A DNA stretch of 64,000 bases from Azolla caroliniana (lineage: Eukaryota; Plantae; Polypodiophyta): contig JBHGNT010000002.1 in assembly GCA_043228905.1 (NCBI GenBank), positions 4,836,001 to 4,900,000 of the forward strand, written 5' to 3'. The number at the start of each line of letters is the position of its first letter. Within the stretch, counting starts at the first letter, position 1. Positions 24,687 to 37,054 of this stretch are shown in pieces. A program made the translations under genes and the position numbers. The notes below the pieces were generated by a model, which ran no database searches, was not told where the DNA came from, and worked only from the letters and a program-made list of their open reading frames with translations.

Positions 24687-27600
24687 TCAAAGTATCATTA
24701 CAGAAGGAGGCACATCATTTCGGTGCCCCGAGACTGACCGATATACATATACACTTTCAACTAGGTCTTCGGTTCCGTTGACCTTCATCACTTCCACAGC
24801 CAATCGATCACGTTTTTGTATTGCTAAAGTCGTGCATCCCTGCATTGTTACCCGACAATTTGACATCCACAAGGACCTCATAGACTCATAGCGATTGGTA
24901 CCCACTAAAAGAGCATCATCTCCAAATGGACTATCTCTAATCTCGAGCTTAAATAGGTTTATACATCCTCTTAGCACATATTGCAGACCTATGTCACTTC
25001 CGCCAGCAAACGCGATAGATAACCTTTGTAGAGTCTTCCCAAAATTTCCGATATACTCAAAGACTCGATCGGTGAGTAGACCTGATAAGGCAAGCCGACG
25101 AAGACATTTGCAATTCCTCACAATGGCTCCAAACCCTTCGTCAAGTGGTTCATTCGTTGTTGGGTCGGGCATCGATGCATCCAACGTGGCAAGGCGAAAG
25201 CTCTCAAGAAGAGGACAATTTTCCGCCATGGTCATGATTGCATTGTTAGTCATCCTCCCACAAAAGTAGAGGATTGAGATAAGATTCGGGCAACCCTCAG
25301 AAATTGAGATTAGACCCTCTTCCGAGACACCTTCTTGTCCCCGTGGATATACTCGAAGATGCTTTAAATCTTGGCATGATGATGCAATGGCCTTTAACCC
25401 TCTGTCCTCAACTGTATCCATAATCTACAAGGGAAAAAAAAAATACAATATTTTAGCACACTGTTTAGGGAGAATTATGCATTCATTATAGACAATATCC
25501 ACCTAGCGTTAGCAATATGATATTCAAAGTATTACTAAAACAAGACACTGTGTTTAAAAGTACAATGTGAAAAGCATACCCATTACAAAATATTTTCAAA
25601 TTCACTATCTACAAACTGTTACCCAAGTGTTGACAACGATGAAACGGAACACCAATTAGAACCCGCATTAATATTTTTAGGATGATGGCGGTTATTGGTA
25701 TTATATCAATGCATTCACAATGTTCACTATTCAAAGACAAAATGTACCAAAATTGAGGCTGGATCGGCATTGTTGACAGTGAATCCATCCATCCATGAAG
25801 GATAGCACTAATCCTTTAAATACCATAATCCTAAGTTCTACCTAGGCCAGAACTATCAGGACTAACTTTAGCTGTAATTTGACTTTAATGCATAATTATG
25901 CGTACGTACTCTCAACAATGGGTGTTGGTTGTAACTCACATAAAAACATGACATGATCCTCAAATGCAAATTCTTCATGGTGGAATTACTGTTTCAAATG
26001 TACACCAAATTCATCATTTGCAAATAGAGCATTTCTTCTGAATTCTCTCACAAAATAATTTGAGCGAAGTAGCAGTGCGTCATAATCAATGCAATGCACC
26101 CACAACTTTCCCTCGAACTTTCAGAGGTTGTTATTACACTTGGGCAATTTGTATATATGCATATAACATATTCAGACCTTCAAATTGTATCATAAACTAT
26201 AAGTAAGCCAATCCATACTCAAAAGCAACTAAAACATTGAAATATACATGCAAAGGCAATAAATATATCACAAAAAACACGGGCTAATATAGTAATGTAC
26301 CATATGCAAGGAACCCAAAATCTTCCCTCAAACGTCCAAATTGGCACAACTTCGCCATTCATGAAAAGGCAAGACTATCCTATTTTTATAGAAATTATTT
26401 TGTTGAAGAGTGCAGCAGTTAACATACCCACAAGCGTTGAAGTTTGCAACAATGGCCCACAATCTCACCCAGGTCCCTGTCATCAACCGGTGTATAGCTC
26501 AAATTCAAAGAGGTCAAATTCTTGCAAACCGGGTACACACAACAAAGCGAACCAGGTCTCACTTCCCAGAACCCCGATAAGGAAGTGAGATTTGTGCAAT
26601 TGGTTATACAACTTTGTAGCCTTAAGAGACCTTCTGGTGTGATATCTTGAGAGAAGGATCCTGTTCCAAGGTCGATTAGATTTGGTGTTCTCTGAAGCAA
26701 CATTTGCATGTCAGTGAGTGTCACCGAGCTATTTAATTTGAGCGACTTCAGATTAGAGCACCGTCCAATGAGCGCAGCCAAAGATTCAGTGTTGACTTCA
26801 CCTTGTATGTTTTCAAGATTGAGTGACACTAGGGATGTGCATGTTGTCGGAAAATCGAGAATCCACGATCCATTTAGATTCTCAACCTTGTTCTCTATCA
26901 AATCAAGAGATTCCAAAACCCTGATCAGGACAAATGGAGAAGAAGCAAGTTATATTTTCTACAAAACGAGGCAGAAATAAGCCACAAATTCACAAGTATT
27001 CTTGGAGATTGTCCCACTGTAGTTCTCACATTGCGGATTTTTCCCACATGGGATTAGAATTTAGGATAAGACATCCTGGTGTTTCCTATGACTTTAGGCT
27101 TGAGGGAAGCAGGGTTTAGATTTCGCCCATCTCGCACGGAAGTTTCTCTGTCATCTCTTGCATTCTTCAATTAGAACATAAAATAACATTAAAAAAAACC
27201 TTACTTGCATTCCTTAACATGGGATTTAAGGATCTTAGAGGTCCAATTGCTAATCCTAGACTGGGGAACATGAGTCTCCCACATATACAAAATGTCTACC
27301 CAAAAAATCTAATGCCTAAAACTCAAAATCACATAAAAGCATATACTAAAGCCCCAGACAAGCACAATTGGAAGCCACGATAGGTAAGGGAGACATCCAC
27401 GAGGTAATTCTTCGAATTTAGAAATCCCTAAACCCTTTATTAATACCATATAGAAACAAGAGGCTCTTTCCCACCCACATAGAGAAAATGTTTAATTCCT
27501 TGTGTCATGAAAGAATGCAAGAGTTAATAGCACGGAAGATTACTTGCAATGCCGAGCAATGAAGGAGAGACCCACCGAGCCAAACCCATCGCAAGTGATG

Positions 27601-28037
27601 AGTGTTAAGCTTTTGAAGTGTGGAAAACTCGTGGCGATCCTTTGCAGACTAGCATCACATACTGTCATTCTCTTAAGCTTAAGTTCTTCTAACAAATGGT
27701 AAGACTCGCAAAACGCGTCGATCCAGGGGTGAGCTCGAGCTCCCCAATTCATTGGTAACAGGTCAAAATCGGCAAACCGAGGTTTTCCCTTTATCGTAAC
27801 AGAGAATAGGTTAGGGAACCGACTAATGAGCCTCGATGGGGTGATCGAGTAGCAATTCCCAATGAAGACCCGACGCCGGCTTTGTGCTTCAGCTTTATAC
27901 CAAGATTTGCAGACTAAAGAGATATTGTTTCTGTCCTGGTCCGAGGTCAATAGATTGAATACTTGGTCAAGCAAATCATCTGGCAAGATGTTGGAGTCAA
28001 TTTGAGCTTGAAGCTCACCTTCTTCTCTTCCTCTCAT
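24687..28037 (-). CDS. TIR1/AFB: TIR1/AFB-family auxin receptor F-box/LRR protein; exons 28037-27544, 26920-26428, 25424-24687 (574 aa)
   Basis: F-box LPDDLLDQVF..DRNNISLVCKSW; VFIGNCY; KGKPRFADF; LKRM; ILYFC; EPLDEGFGAIV; KLEIRDSPFGD; MRSLWMS; YVYRSV. GT-AG introns are phase-consistent (494+493+738 nt) and sit at the usual TIR1 positions. Confidence 0.95.
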
Positions 28038-28159
28038 TACAATGTCTACTCAAATGCAGAAAAACAGAAATATGTGTTATATGATGAGGAAATCCGAAAT
28101 ACCCCCCCTTGTTCTAATGGTATCCGAAAACAAATGTAAGAAAGTTAAGGTTATTGGGG

Positions 28160-30165
28160 TGTATTAGTTTTAGGGTTTAACTCATCTGCGAGGCAGAAAT
28201 GAATATGAGGGCTATTCTCAATAGGGGGCTGCTCTTATGCCTTTTGAGGGTTTGGAAAAAAAGCACGAGAAGGATTTGAGATCAAAAAGGCAAAGATGGT
28301 TATTTAATGGGCCACTGAAGCTTTTAGGGTTTGTGAAAGCAACAGAGAAGGGAGAGCCAAAAGGCAAAATAAGGGCTATTTAATGGGCCTCTGATCCTAT
28401 CCTTTCAGATTTGAAAAAAAAAGGCTACAGAAAGCCGAGACCCCCAAAAAAGCAAAATATAGATTTTTACCTGACTGATGCATTTAGGATTTGGCCAAAA
28501 CTACAGAAAAATGAGACCCCCCCCCCCCAAAAAAAATGCAAATCAGGCGATCAAAAAGATCTCTGATGGATTGATGATATGATGGTTCGGAAAAGTGAAT
28601 CAAATCGCCATAGCTAGCCAAAAGCAAAGCTCGATGGCTGCTGTTTAATGGGAGATTTGTCTCAGTGTATATATGAGAAAGGCCCGGAGGAGTGAGTGAG
28701 ACCCAGAAAGCAAAATCCTTCACCTAAAAGCTTTTAGGGTTTGAGAGGAAACCACATCAGAGTGATGATTCAACAGCAGAGACCCCCCAAAGCCCAATCA
28801 ATCAGACTGACTGCATTAATTAGAGCGTGATAAAACAGAACGCAGAAAACTGAGCAAGCAAAAATACATATAAAGGCTAATGATTGCATTCTTTTTGTAG
28901 GGTTTGGAAAACAAAACAAAAAAGCAAGAAAAGGAAAAGTGAGATCATTCTTTTTAGGGTTTGAAAAAAAAAAAGAAAAAAGCAAGAGAAAGGAAAAGTG
29001 AGATCCCAAAAAAGCAGATATGGAGAGTACTTTTAGGTTATGGAGGCTTGCTTTTTTAGGCTACGGAAAAGTGTCTGTTTTTTATTACTTGCGACGTAAG
29101 GTTATGCTTTACCTTGGCAAAAAAACAGAGATGGATTATCGCTGAGAGGTAAACATATGAAATGGGTTAGTCTAATGTTCTTCTTCACGCACACAGACGA
29201 GGTAAAATCTCAGAATCTTTTCTCTGTAACTTTCTACAGTCGAACCCTAAACCCTAAACCATGGCATAACCTCATACGAAGCTACGTAATTAGTACTCGT
29301 TTGGAAAATATCCAAAGGCTGTATCTTACTTACTTGGAGCGTACTTAGGGTTTTGATGTGCGAAAAAGCTGGAAACGAAGAATTAGGGTTTTGTGAGGTA
29401 ACTTTAGGGTTCTGAAATGCACGCAAATCTAGAAGAAAGAAGTAAGATTCTAGAGATGGGGGTTCTCATTTTAGGGCTTTTGATTGATATCACGAAGAGG
29501 GATTGGCGATTTTGTGAGGTAATTAGGATTTTCAAGGAAAGTAAACAGAGATTATTAGGGTTTTGTAGGGTTTTGATCTGAACTTCTTTGCAGGGTTCAT
29601 GAAATCTGCACTAGAGAGATTAGTGTTTTGTGAGCTTCCTTTTAAGGTTTCTGAAAATTAAAAAGACGGGTCAGGGTTTTCCAAAGTTCTTTCGAGGAGT
29701 TCTCATAAGTTGAAAAAGGAAACTAGGGTTTGGTGGTGGGTGTGGGCGAAATTGTTCTTTTAGGCATATAAAAAACGAGGATTAGGGTTTCGGAGCTGCT
29801 GCTGTCAACAGAAAACCTAACCCTAACCCTAACACTAGGACCCAGAAACAGTATTCATCCAAGACATTTGCACCAAGACGAAAGCCACACGCTAACAATA
29901 ACCCTAACCCTAACCCTAACCCTAACCCTAATACTAGCACCTAGAAACAGTATTCATCCATAACCCCTGGCTGGACCTATAATCCAACACAAGCAAATCT
30001 AACACAAACACCATATCACAGAATTGTGGTGGCCCATCCCAGACACAAGCATTTCGACCGATTTCGACCGACCCCGACCGTAACACCTCCAACCCTAACC
30101 CTAGACAACAGATGCGATCTAACCCTAAACCCTAAAACGACACTCGTACCATTAACCCTAACCTC
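28160..30165. promoter_or_regulatory. Telo-box/telomere-like motif cluster upstream of the TIR1/AFB gene
   Basis: More than 10 TAGGGTT/AACCCTA motifs. (TAACCC)5 at 29899-29928 lies within a ~100-bp duplication. Confidence 0.55.
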
Positions 30166-30289
30166 GCATTATCCTCGAGAACACCGAGCCAACAGGCACA
30201 ACAAAATGAATTGAATTGAAAAGTTTCAAAGGAACGGCCCATGGAAGCGCTTGATTGTTTTATGTCTGTACCCTTCGCCGGTACCTAAC

Positions 30290-31530
30290 ATTTTGTAGCT
30301 TATTCTCTCTATGTTATTTTAGCCCTAAGATATACATATACCTACCTAGTCTCTTTATATCCGGGGTATCTAAGAGTTTGGAGAGGGTCAAAGAGGATCC
30401 TGGTATGTCTTGGTATTTCGCCCTTATCTCGGCAGCGTAAGCTGGACACTTGCATGTAAAGTGATGCTCATCCTCTATCTCCATGTGACATAATCTACAT
30501 ATCCTTTCCTCTCTACAAACTCCATTAATACGGTCATTCTCAATCTCAAGTTGGTGAGATGATATCCTAAGTTGTCCCATGGACACCCTTAGTGCATTTG
30601 ATAAGAATGTATCTAGATGTTTCGGTCATATAATAAAACCTAAGTTGGTGAGATGATATCCCAAGTTGTCCAATGGCAACCCTTAGTGCATTTTATAATA
30701 ATGTATCTAGATATTTAGAGAAGTGCATGAAGTGTTCCTTATGTTGAGAATCGATCTGGCCACAACCAGTTTTGTCGTATGACAATGTGGGTGCAAAGAA
30801 CGTGAAAGATAGTATACAGAAAATAGAAAGTACAGAGACAAGTATTTTTAACATGGAGTCCACAAACTCCAAAGAAAATCACTGTCAAGGGGGGAGTACA
30901 ACAAGAGGATTCAAGGCAACGGCCTTGAACTCTTCTTCGTCGACTGACGGCTACAGAGTTACACACACTCGCACACTCTCTCTCTTATCTAATTACATAG
31001 GCAACTACCTTCTTCAACTATACAAATGATTGCCCTAGGAGTATTTATACCAATACAACTTTCTGCGCTATTTACAGAAATAGCCCACAAGGGGCACATT
31101 AAGACTATTTACAAATGTAGTCTCCCGAATCGGCTATTAAATTGATTATTCAATTTGACAATTGACAATTATTCGATTTTCGGCCTCGGCTAAATTTCCC
31201 ATCAACTCCATCCGATTCGATTGTTGCTCTTCCCATCGGACATGTTCCCAACACCTTATAGTACAACATTTTAGATGGGGCTCTCGTGGGGTATTCCATT
31301 TATATCTAGTGTAAATTTGCCATATTTCTTGGTGTATTACTTTATTACAGTTCTCATGAGAGATTAAATTTTTATCAGTCCCATGGTTGTACTTATGGGG
31401 AGGTCAATTATTAATGTCCATGCCATTTGCAAGTAACCAACTCACTACAATGTTATACCAAGAGCTAGTATCTCCGGATGCATATAGGGATCGGGATGCC
31501 CCACAAGCTCGACGAGATATCCTATCAAAG
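30290..31530 (-). mobile_element. 3' fragment of an RTE-X/RTE-like non-LTR retrotransposon, interrupted by a solo LTR
   Basis: LRISSHQLEIE..REERICRLCHMEIEDEHHFTCKCPAY C-terminal zinc motif. Internal ~93-bp duplication at 30548-30710. Confidence 0.7.
30742..31253. mobile_element. Solo LTR (512 bp) with perfect 5-bp TSD
   Basis: TGTTG...CAACA flanked by CCTTA on both sides. Shares GCTATTTACAGAAATAGCCC with the 39720/44815 LTRs. Confidence 0.93.
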
Positions 31531-31595
31531 ACCAAACCAAAAGAAAAAAAAAATTTAGAAAATCATAAACCTAAACCTAACATGAGATTGAGAAC

Positions 31596-34500
31596 TGTAA
31601 ACGTGAGTGTTTGCGGAAGCGTAAAACAGAGAACAACAGAGAGAGAGAGACAGACAGACAGAGACAGAGACAGAGAGACAGAGGGAGCAGAACGTAATTT
31701 CAAAATTATATCAAGACTCTGTGTACACACTGTGCTAAGTAGCACTATTTATACAAGTCCTCTTGGGACTGACAGAAGTACCATGTACTTCAATGCTCAC
31801 ACGAGCATCTGACACTTACTATGAGACTATAGATACCTAGTAGTCTATCCTATTCTAGGCTTCCAATTGGACTGCCGGTTACGGATTGCACCCGGCCTCC
31901 ACTGCTTGCCGGTTCGATTGCTCACCGTCATACCGATCCGTTTCGCCCGATCCGTCTCGCTTACCGGCTCCGGCTTATTCAGCCGATCCGGCTCCGGTTG
32001 AGCTTGCCGCTCAACACTCCCCCTCAAGCTCAACCTGAGGTGGGGTCGTAGTGTCGACCTCTGTGGCAGTCGGTTCTTTCAACCGACTCCTCCTGGCGTC
32101 ACTCCGCCTTGCTCGCGCTCCTCGTCCGGTCCGGTCCCGTTTGCCGCGACCCCTTTGGTTCTGCGTGCCTCGACCCTCTCGGTCGGCATGTCTGCTCAAT
32201 AGGCCCATCTCAGCACTCACGTTGTTGTGACTCCGGCGCTTGCCGATCCGTCGATTCTCCCACGATGGCATCGACTTCCGTTGTGTCCGTGTCCCCTTGG
32301 TCTTCAGTCGATCCGACTCATCCGGATCCATCTGTTGATCCGAGTCAGCTGTCTCCGATTCGTTCCAGCTCTTGTCCGAATCGGTACACTCCGATTCGAC
32401 TTCCGACTTCAGGCCTCTCACCACATCGGACCACTTTCGTGTCTTGGCCTTCTCCATGCTTCCCTCGACTTCTTCAGCCGGTGAACCGAAATCGAATTCT
32501 TCATTCGACTCCGCATCATGGTCAGTACCGTCGTGATGACCTCCGCACAGCTTGCACTTCTCTTCCTGAGTGCACAACTCTTCTTCACAGCCGCTTGCTC
32601 CGACCTTTTCGGATGTGTCGACTTCCTTCGCCGACTCGGCTTCCTTTATCTTCTTGTCTCCTCTTCTTCCGGCTCTCCTCTTACCGACGGGTTCAACAGT
32701 TTGTTGGCCTTTGCCCGTTTCGATAGAGACTTTGTCCTTGCTTCTCCCCCTCAACTGCGGCACGTCGAGATGCTGAACACCAAGCATGTCGGTAAAGTGC
32801 TACAACTTGTCCGATCCGAGCGGCTTGGTGAAGATGTCGGCAACTTGCCGATCCGTATGAACATACCGTAGGTCAACTTCACCGCTCAGGACCCGCTCAC
32901 GCACGAAGTGGTAGTGCACCTCGATGTGCTTTGTGCGAGCATGGAACACAGGGTTCCTGGCGAGCTACAGGCTGCTCATGTTATCGCAGTAAATCGGGAT
33001 CGGGGTCAGCACCTCGATCCGCAAGTCTCGCAGCAGTCGCCGAAGCCAGATGGCTTCACAAGTGGCAACGGTAGCGGCCCGGTACTCAGCCTCAGTGCTT
33101 GACAAAGCCACTGTGGGCTGCTTCTTGTTGCTCCATGCAACGGCCGCGCTACCTATGGAGAACATGTATCCGGAAGTGGAGCGGCGATCAGACGCATCGC
33201 CGGCCCAATCAGCATCTGTGTAACCGGCAAGCTCTTCGGGTATACCTCGCCGGTATAGCAGTCCCTGGTCCTTAGTGCCGCTGACATACCGTAATATTCT
33301 TTGCGCGCACTGAAGGTGCTCCACGGTCGGCTTCTGCATGAACTGACTCACCATGTCGACCAGATAGCTGATGTCGGGTCGGGTGATGGTTAAGTAGATT
33401 TGGCTTCCGACAACCTGTCAGAACCGTTTCTCATTGCAGGCTGGTCCGGAGTTGGGACGGAGCTTCTGGTTCCGATCCAGGGGTGTGGAGATAGGGCGAC
33501 AATCCGACATGCCGAACTTATACAGCATATTCAACACGTAATGTCGTTGTGAGAGCAATATGCCGTCGGGGGTCTGGATCACTTCGATCCCAAGAAAATA
33601 ATGGAGGTCCCCCAGGTCCTTCATTTCGAATGCGTCCGACAACTGGGACTTGACGCGGTTGATTTCCGGAAGACCCGGTCCGGTGATGACTAAATCATCC
33701 ACATACAAGAGTATACATACCGGACCGTTAGAGCCTTGCCGGATGAACAACGAAGAGTCCGACTTAGAGACAACAAACCCCAGCTTACGCAACCGGTGCG
33801 TGATCTTCGCGTTCCAAGCTCGGGGGGCTTGCTTCAAGCCGTAAAGCGACTTCTTCAGTCGGCATACCGCCGATTTGTTCATCTCCGATTGAAATCTGGG
33901 GGGTTGAGTCATAAAGACTTCTTCTTCAAGCTCTCCTTGAAGGAAGGCGTTCTTCACATCCATATGGTGAAGATGCCACCCCCTTGCCATAGCAACTGCC
34001 AGTACCACACGAACCGTCGTCATCTTCGCCACAAGAGCGAAGGTCTCGTCGTAGTCGATTCCGTGGGTCTGCGCGTATCCCTTCGCCACTAACCGGGCTT
34101 TGTACCGATTAACAGAACCGTCGGCGTTGTACTTGACCTTGTACACCCACTTGCATCCAATCGGTTTACAGTGACGGGGAGGATCAACTAGGTCCCAAGT
34201 TTCTTTGGCATCGAGTGCCCGCATTTCTTCGTCCATAGCGGCACGCCAATTTGCATCCTTTGATGCTTCTGCGTAGCTCTCCGGCTCGCGCACTTCTGTC
34301 ACCTTAGTCATGTACGCATAATGATGCGCCATGTATTCATTGTACCCGTACCGCACGACGGGTTCCTTCTGACGGGTTGATCGGCGCAACGCACCGTCAC
34401 CTGATTTGAGGCCCTTCTTGGCCAATTCGGTCTTCGTTGCTGAAGATCTGCCTTTCTCCTTTCCGAAGTCGGATACGCACCGATCCGACTCATCGTTGCC

Positions 34501-37054
34501 GGTTTCGAATTCCGGCATCTTCCTCTTCCCCTTCTCTTTGCGCGTGAACCGTTTCCTTGGTTCCTTGCGCGGGGAGAGCACGACAGAGTCTCCACCACTT
34601 GTCGTCCTTCATCTAACTGGTCCAACCGACTCAGTCGCTCGTTCGGTCCACTCAACCGCAACGATTCCGGACTCTCATCTTGAGTCCCGGCTTCATCATC
34701 CTCTTCCAAGGCTGATTCAGGCTCATTGGCCTGATCTTCCAGCATTCGGTCGGGATCGGAAGTCGGAGTCGGTACGGAGTACCAAGATGCCGATTCATCG
34801 AACTCGACATCCCGGCTAACTCGGGCTTCCTTCGTCCGGGGGTTATAGCACTTATACCCCTTTTGCTCTTGAGCATAGCCGACTAGGATGCATTTTTCCG
34901 ATTTTGCATCCAGCTTCCTCCGCTTCTGATCTGGCACATGCACATACGCTAGGCTGCCGAATATCCGAAGGTGTCTTAAGTTCGGCTTGCGCCCGAAATA
35001 CTGCTCATGAGCTGACACCCTGTCACCAATGCGGTTTTGTATGTAGACGGCTGTCTCGACCGCCTCCGCCCAGTAGAACCGGGGTATGCTCTTCTCCTCC
35101 AGCATTGTCCTTGCCGCTTCGACGAGTGTCCGGTTCTTTCTTTCGGCCACACCGTTTTGCTCCGGTGTGTATCTGCAGCTGAACTCTCGCCGAATTCCCT
35201 TCTGTTGCAGATAACTAGTGAATTGGCCGGAAAAATATTCCTTTCCGCCATCCGACCGAAGGCATTTGATCTTCCTCTCCGGTTCCCATTCCACCATCTT
35301 CTGGAGGCTCCGGAAACAGTCGAAGACTTCGCTCTTCCGCTCAATGAGGTAGATCCAAGTATGTCGAGTATAGTCGTCGATGAAGGAGACGAAGTACCGG
35401 CTCCCGCCAAGGCTTACACTTTGTGCCGGTCCCCACACATCCGAATGGATGAGATCGAGCTTGTTACGGCTCCGGTTCCGTTCGGTGGGGAATGGAAGCC
35501 GGTGTTGCTTCCCAAGTTGGCAGGCTTCACAAATTTCGGCTCTCCCGTCGCTGAACTTTGGCAAACCGAAAACGACTTGTTTCGTTTGCAGGTCTTGAAG
35601 CCTCCGGTAGTTGACGTGGCTTATCCGCTTGTGCCATAGGTCGATGTCCGACTCGACCTTCTGTCGTTTCGCGAACAGAGCGGTGCCAATGTCATTGGTG
35701 TTGAGGATAAACATCCTCCCGTCTCTGCGCCCTTGCGCAATGACTTCGCCCTCATCTTCAATGAAGCACCCGAGGTGCGTAAACCGCACCTACATCCCTT
35801 GGTCGACAATCTGACCGACGGACACCAGGTTCTTCGTGATCGTCGGAACGTGTAATACGTTCATCAGCTTCCCTTTCTGTCCGACGTGGCTTAGAGGGAC
35901 TTCTCCGACGTGCACGATTGGGTGTGGTGTGTCGTCTCCGGTTTCGACTACTCCTGGTTGATCCGGTTTCTCCAGAAAGGAAAACCACTCTTTGTGGCTC
36001 GTCATGTGGTTCGACGCGCCGGAATCAACATACCACACTTCCTCCGTTTTGGAAGTGGTCTTCTTCATTGAGTTTGCCTTGTGATTCATCACCAAGGCTG
36101 GCCCCTTACCGGCCTTCCCGGTTCCGGATCCTCCTGATCCGTTTGTGTAGTGCGAGTTTTGCCGGCCATCCTTACCGGTCTTGCCGGATCCGGATTTGTC
36201 CATATCGGCACGCTTTCTCCAACACTCGCTTTCCCTGTGGCCTTTTTTGCCATAGTACCAGCATTCCGTAGCGGATTTGTCTTGCCGGCCTCCGGCACCG
36301 CCTTGACTCCCCCTACTTGTGGAAGTCCTGGAACTGCTGTCGGCACACTCATAGTGCCTCCGTTCCTGCTCTTACCTGCCGCCTCCATTGCGTGCCGACC
36401 CACCTCTTCCACCACGCCCATAGTGCCGATCCGTTCCCGTGTACAGCATCCGGTTGTCCGGGGATGCACTGGTAGATGCACCGGCGTGGTTCTCCTCTAC
36501 AAGGAGCATCGACTGTAAGTTGAAGAATGAGGGGGTATTCTCCCTTGTACACACCGCAGTCCGGAACGCTCTGAACTTGGACGCCAGGCCTCCGAGACAT
36601 ACCTGCACCATCTCGTCTTCCTCTACGGTAACATTGATAGAGGCGAGCGAGTCGTAGATCTCCTTTATCCGGCCCGTGTAGTCTGCCACAGACATGTTCT
36701 TCTGTCGAACATTGCTCAACTCATGTCTGAGTTGCAGCTTCCGGGCAGTGGTGCTTGCGGCGAAAACCTTTTTCAGGTTCCCCCAAGCATCCTTTGGTGT
36801 CTTGGCGTCACGGATGTGGCTGAGCAGCTGATCGCCGACACTGGACGCGAATCAGTACATCACCCTGCTTGTTGCCTGTTCCCATACCGGGAAGTCCTTG
36901 TGTGCCGAGTCGGGTGCCGCATCATTCGCTCCTTCGACATAACTCCAGTATCTGTGTCCAAGCAGGTACTGGTGCATCTTGTAAGACCAGGATGCGTCTC
37001 GCTTACCGGCTCCGGCTTATTCAGCCGATCCGGCTCCGGTTGAGCTTGCCGCTC
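31596..37054 (-). mobile_element. Ty1/copia element, near-complete gag-pol; 3' LTR 31596-32016, only 60 bp of 5' LTR left (36995-37054)
   Basis: gag (ASWSYKMHQY), CWYYGKKGHRESEC knuckle, WYVDSGASNH, HSDVWGP, LYVDDL and YTDADW. PPT at 32017. A few stops and frameshifts. Confidence 0.95.

Noticed and set aside
24687-28037. COI1 jasmonate receptor
   Set aside because: It has the TIR1-type KPRFADF, VFIGNCY and EPLDEGFGAIV motifs, not COI1 KPRAAMF or PLDNGV.
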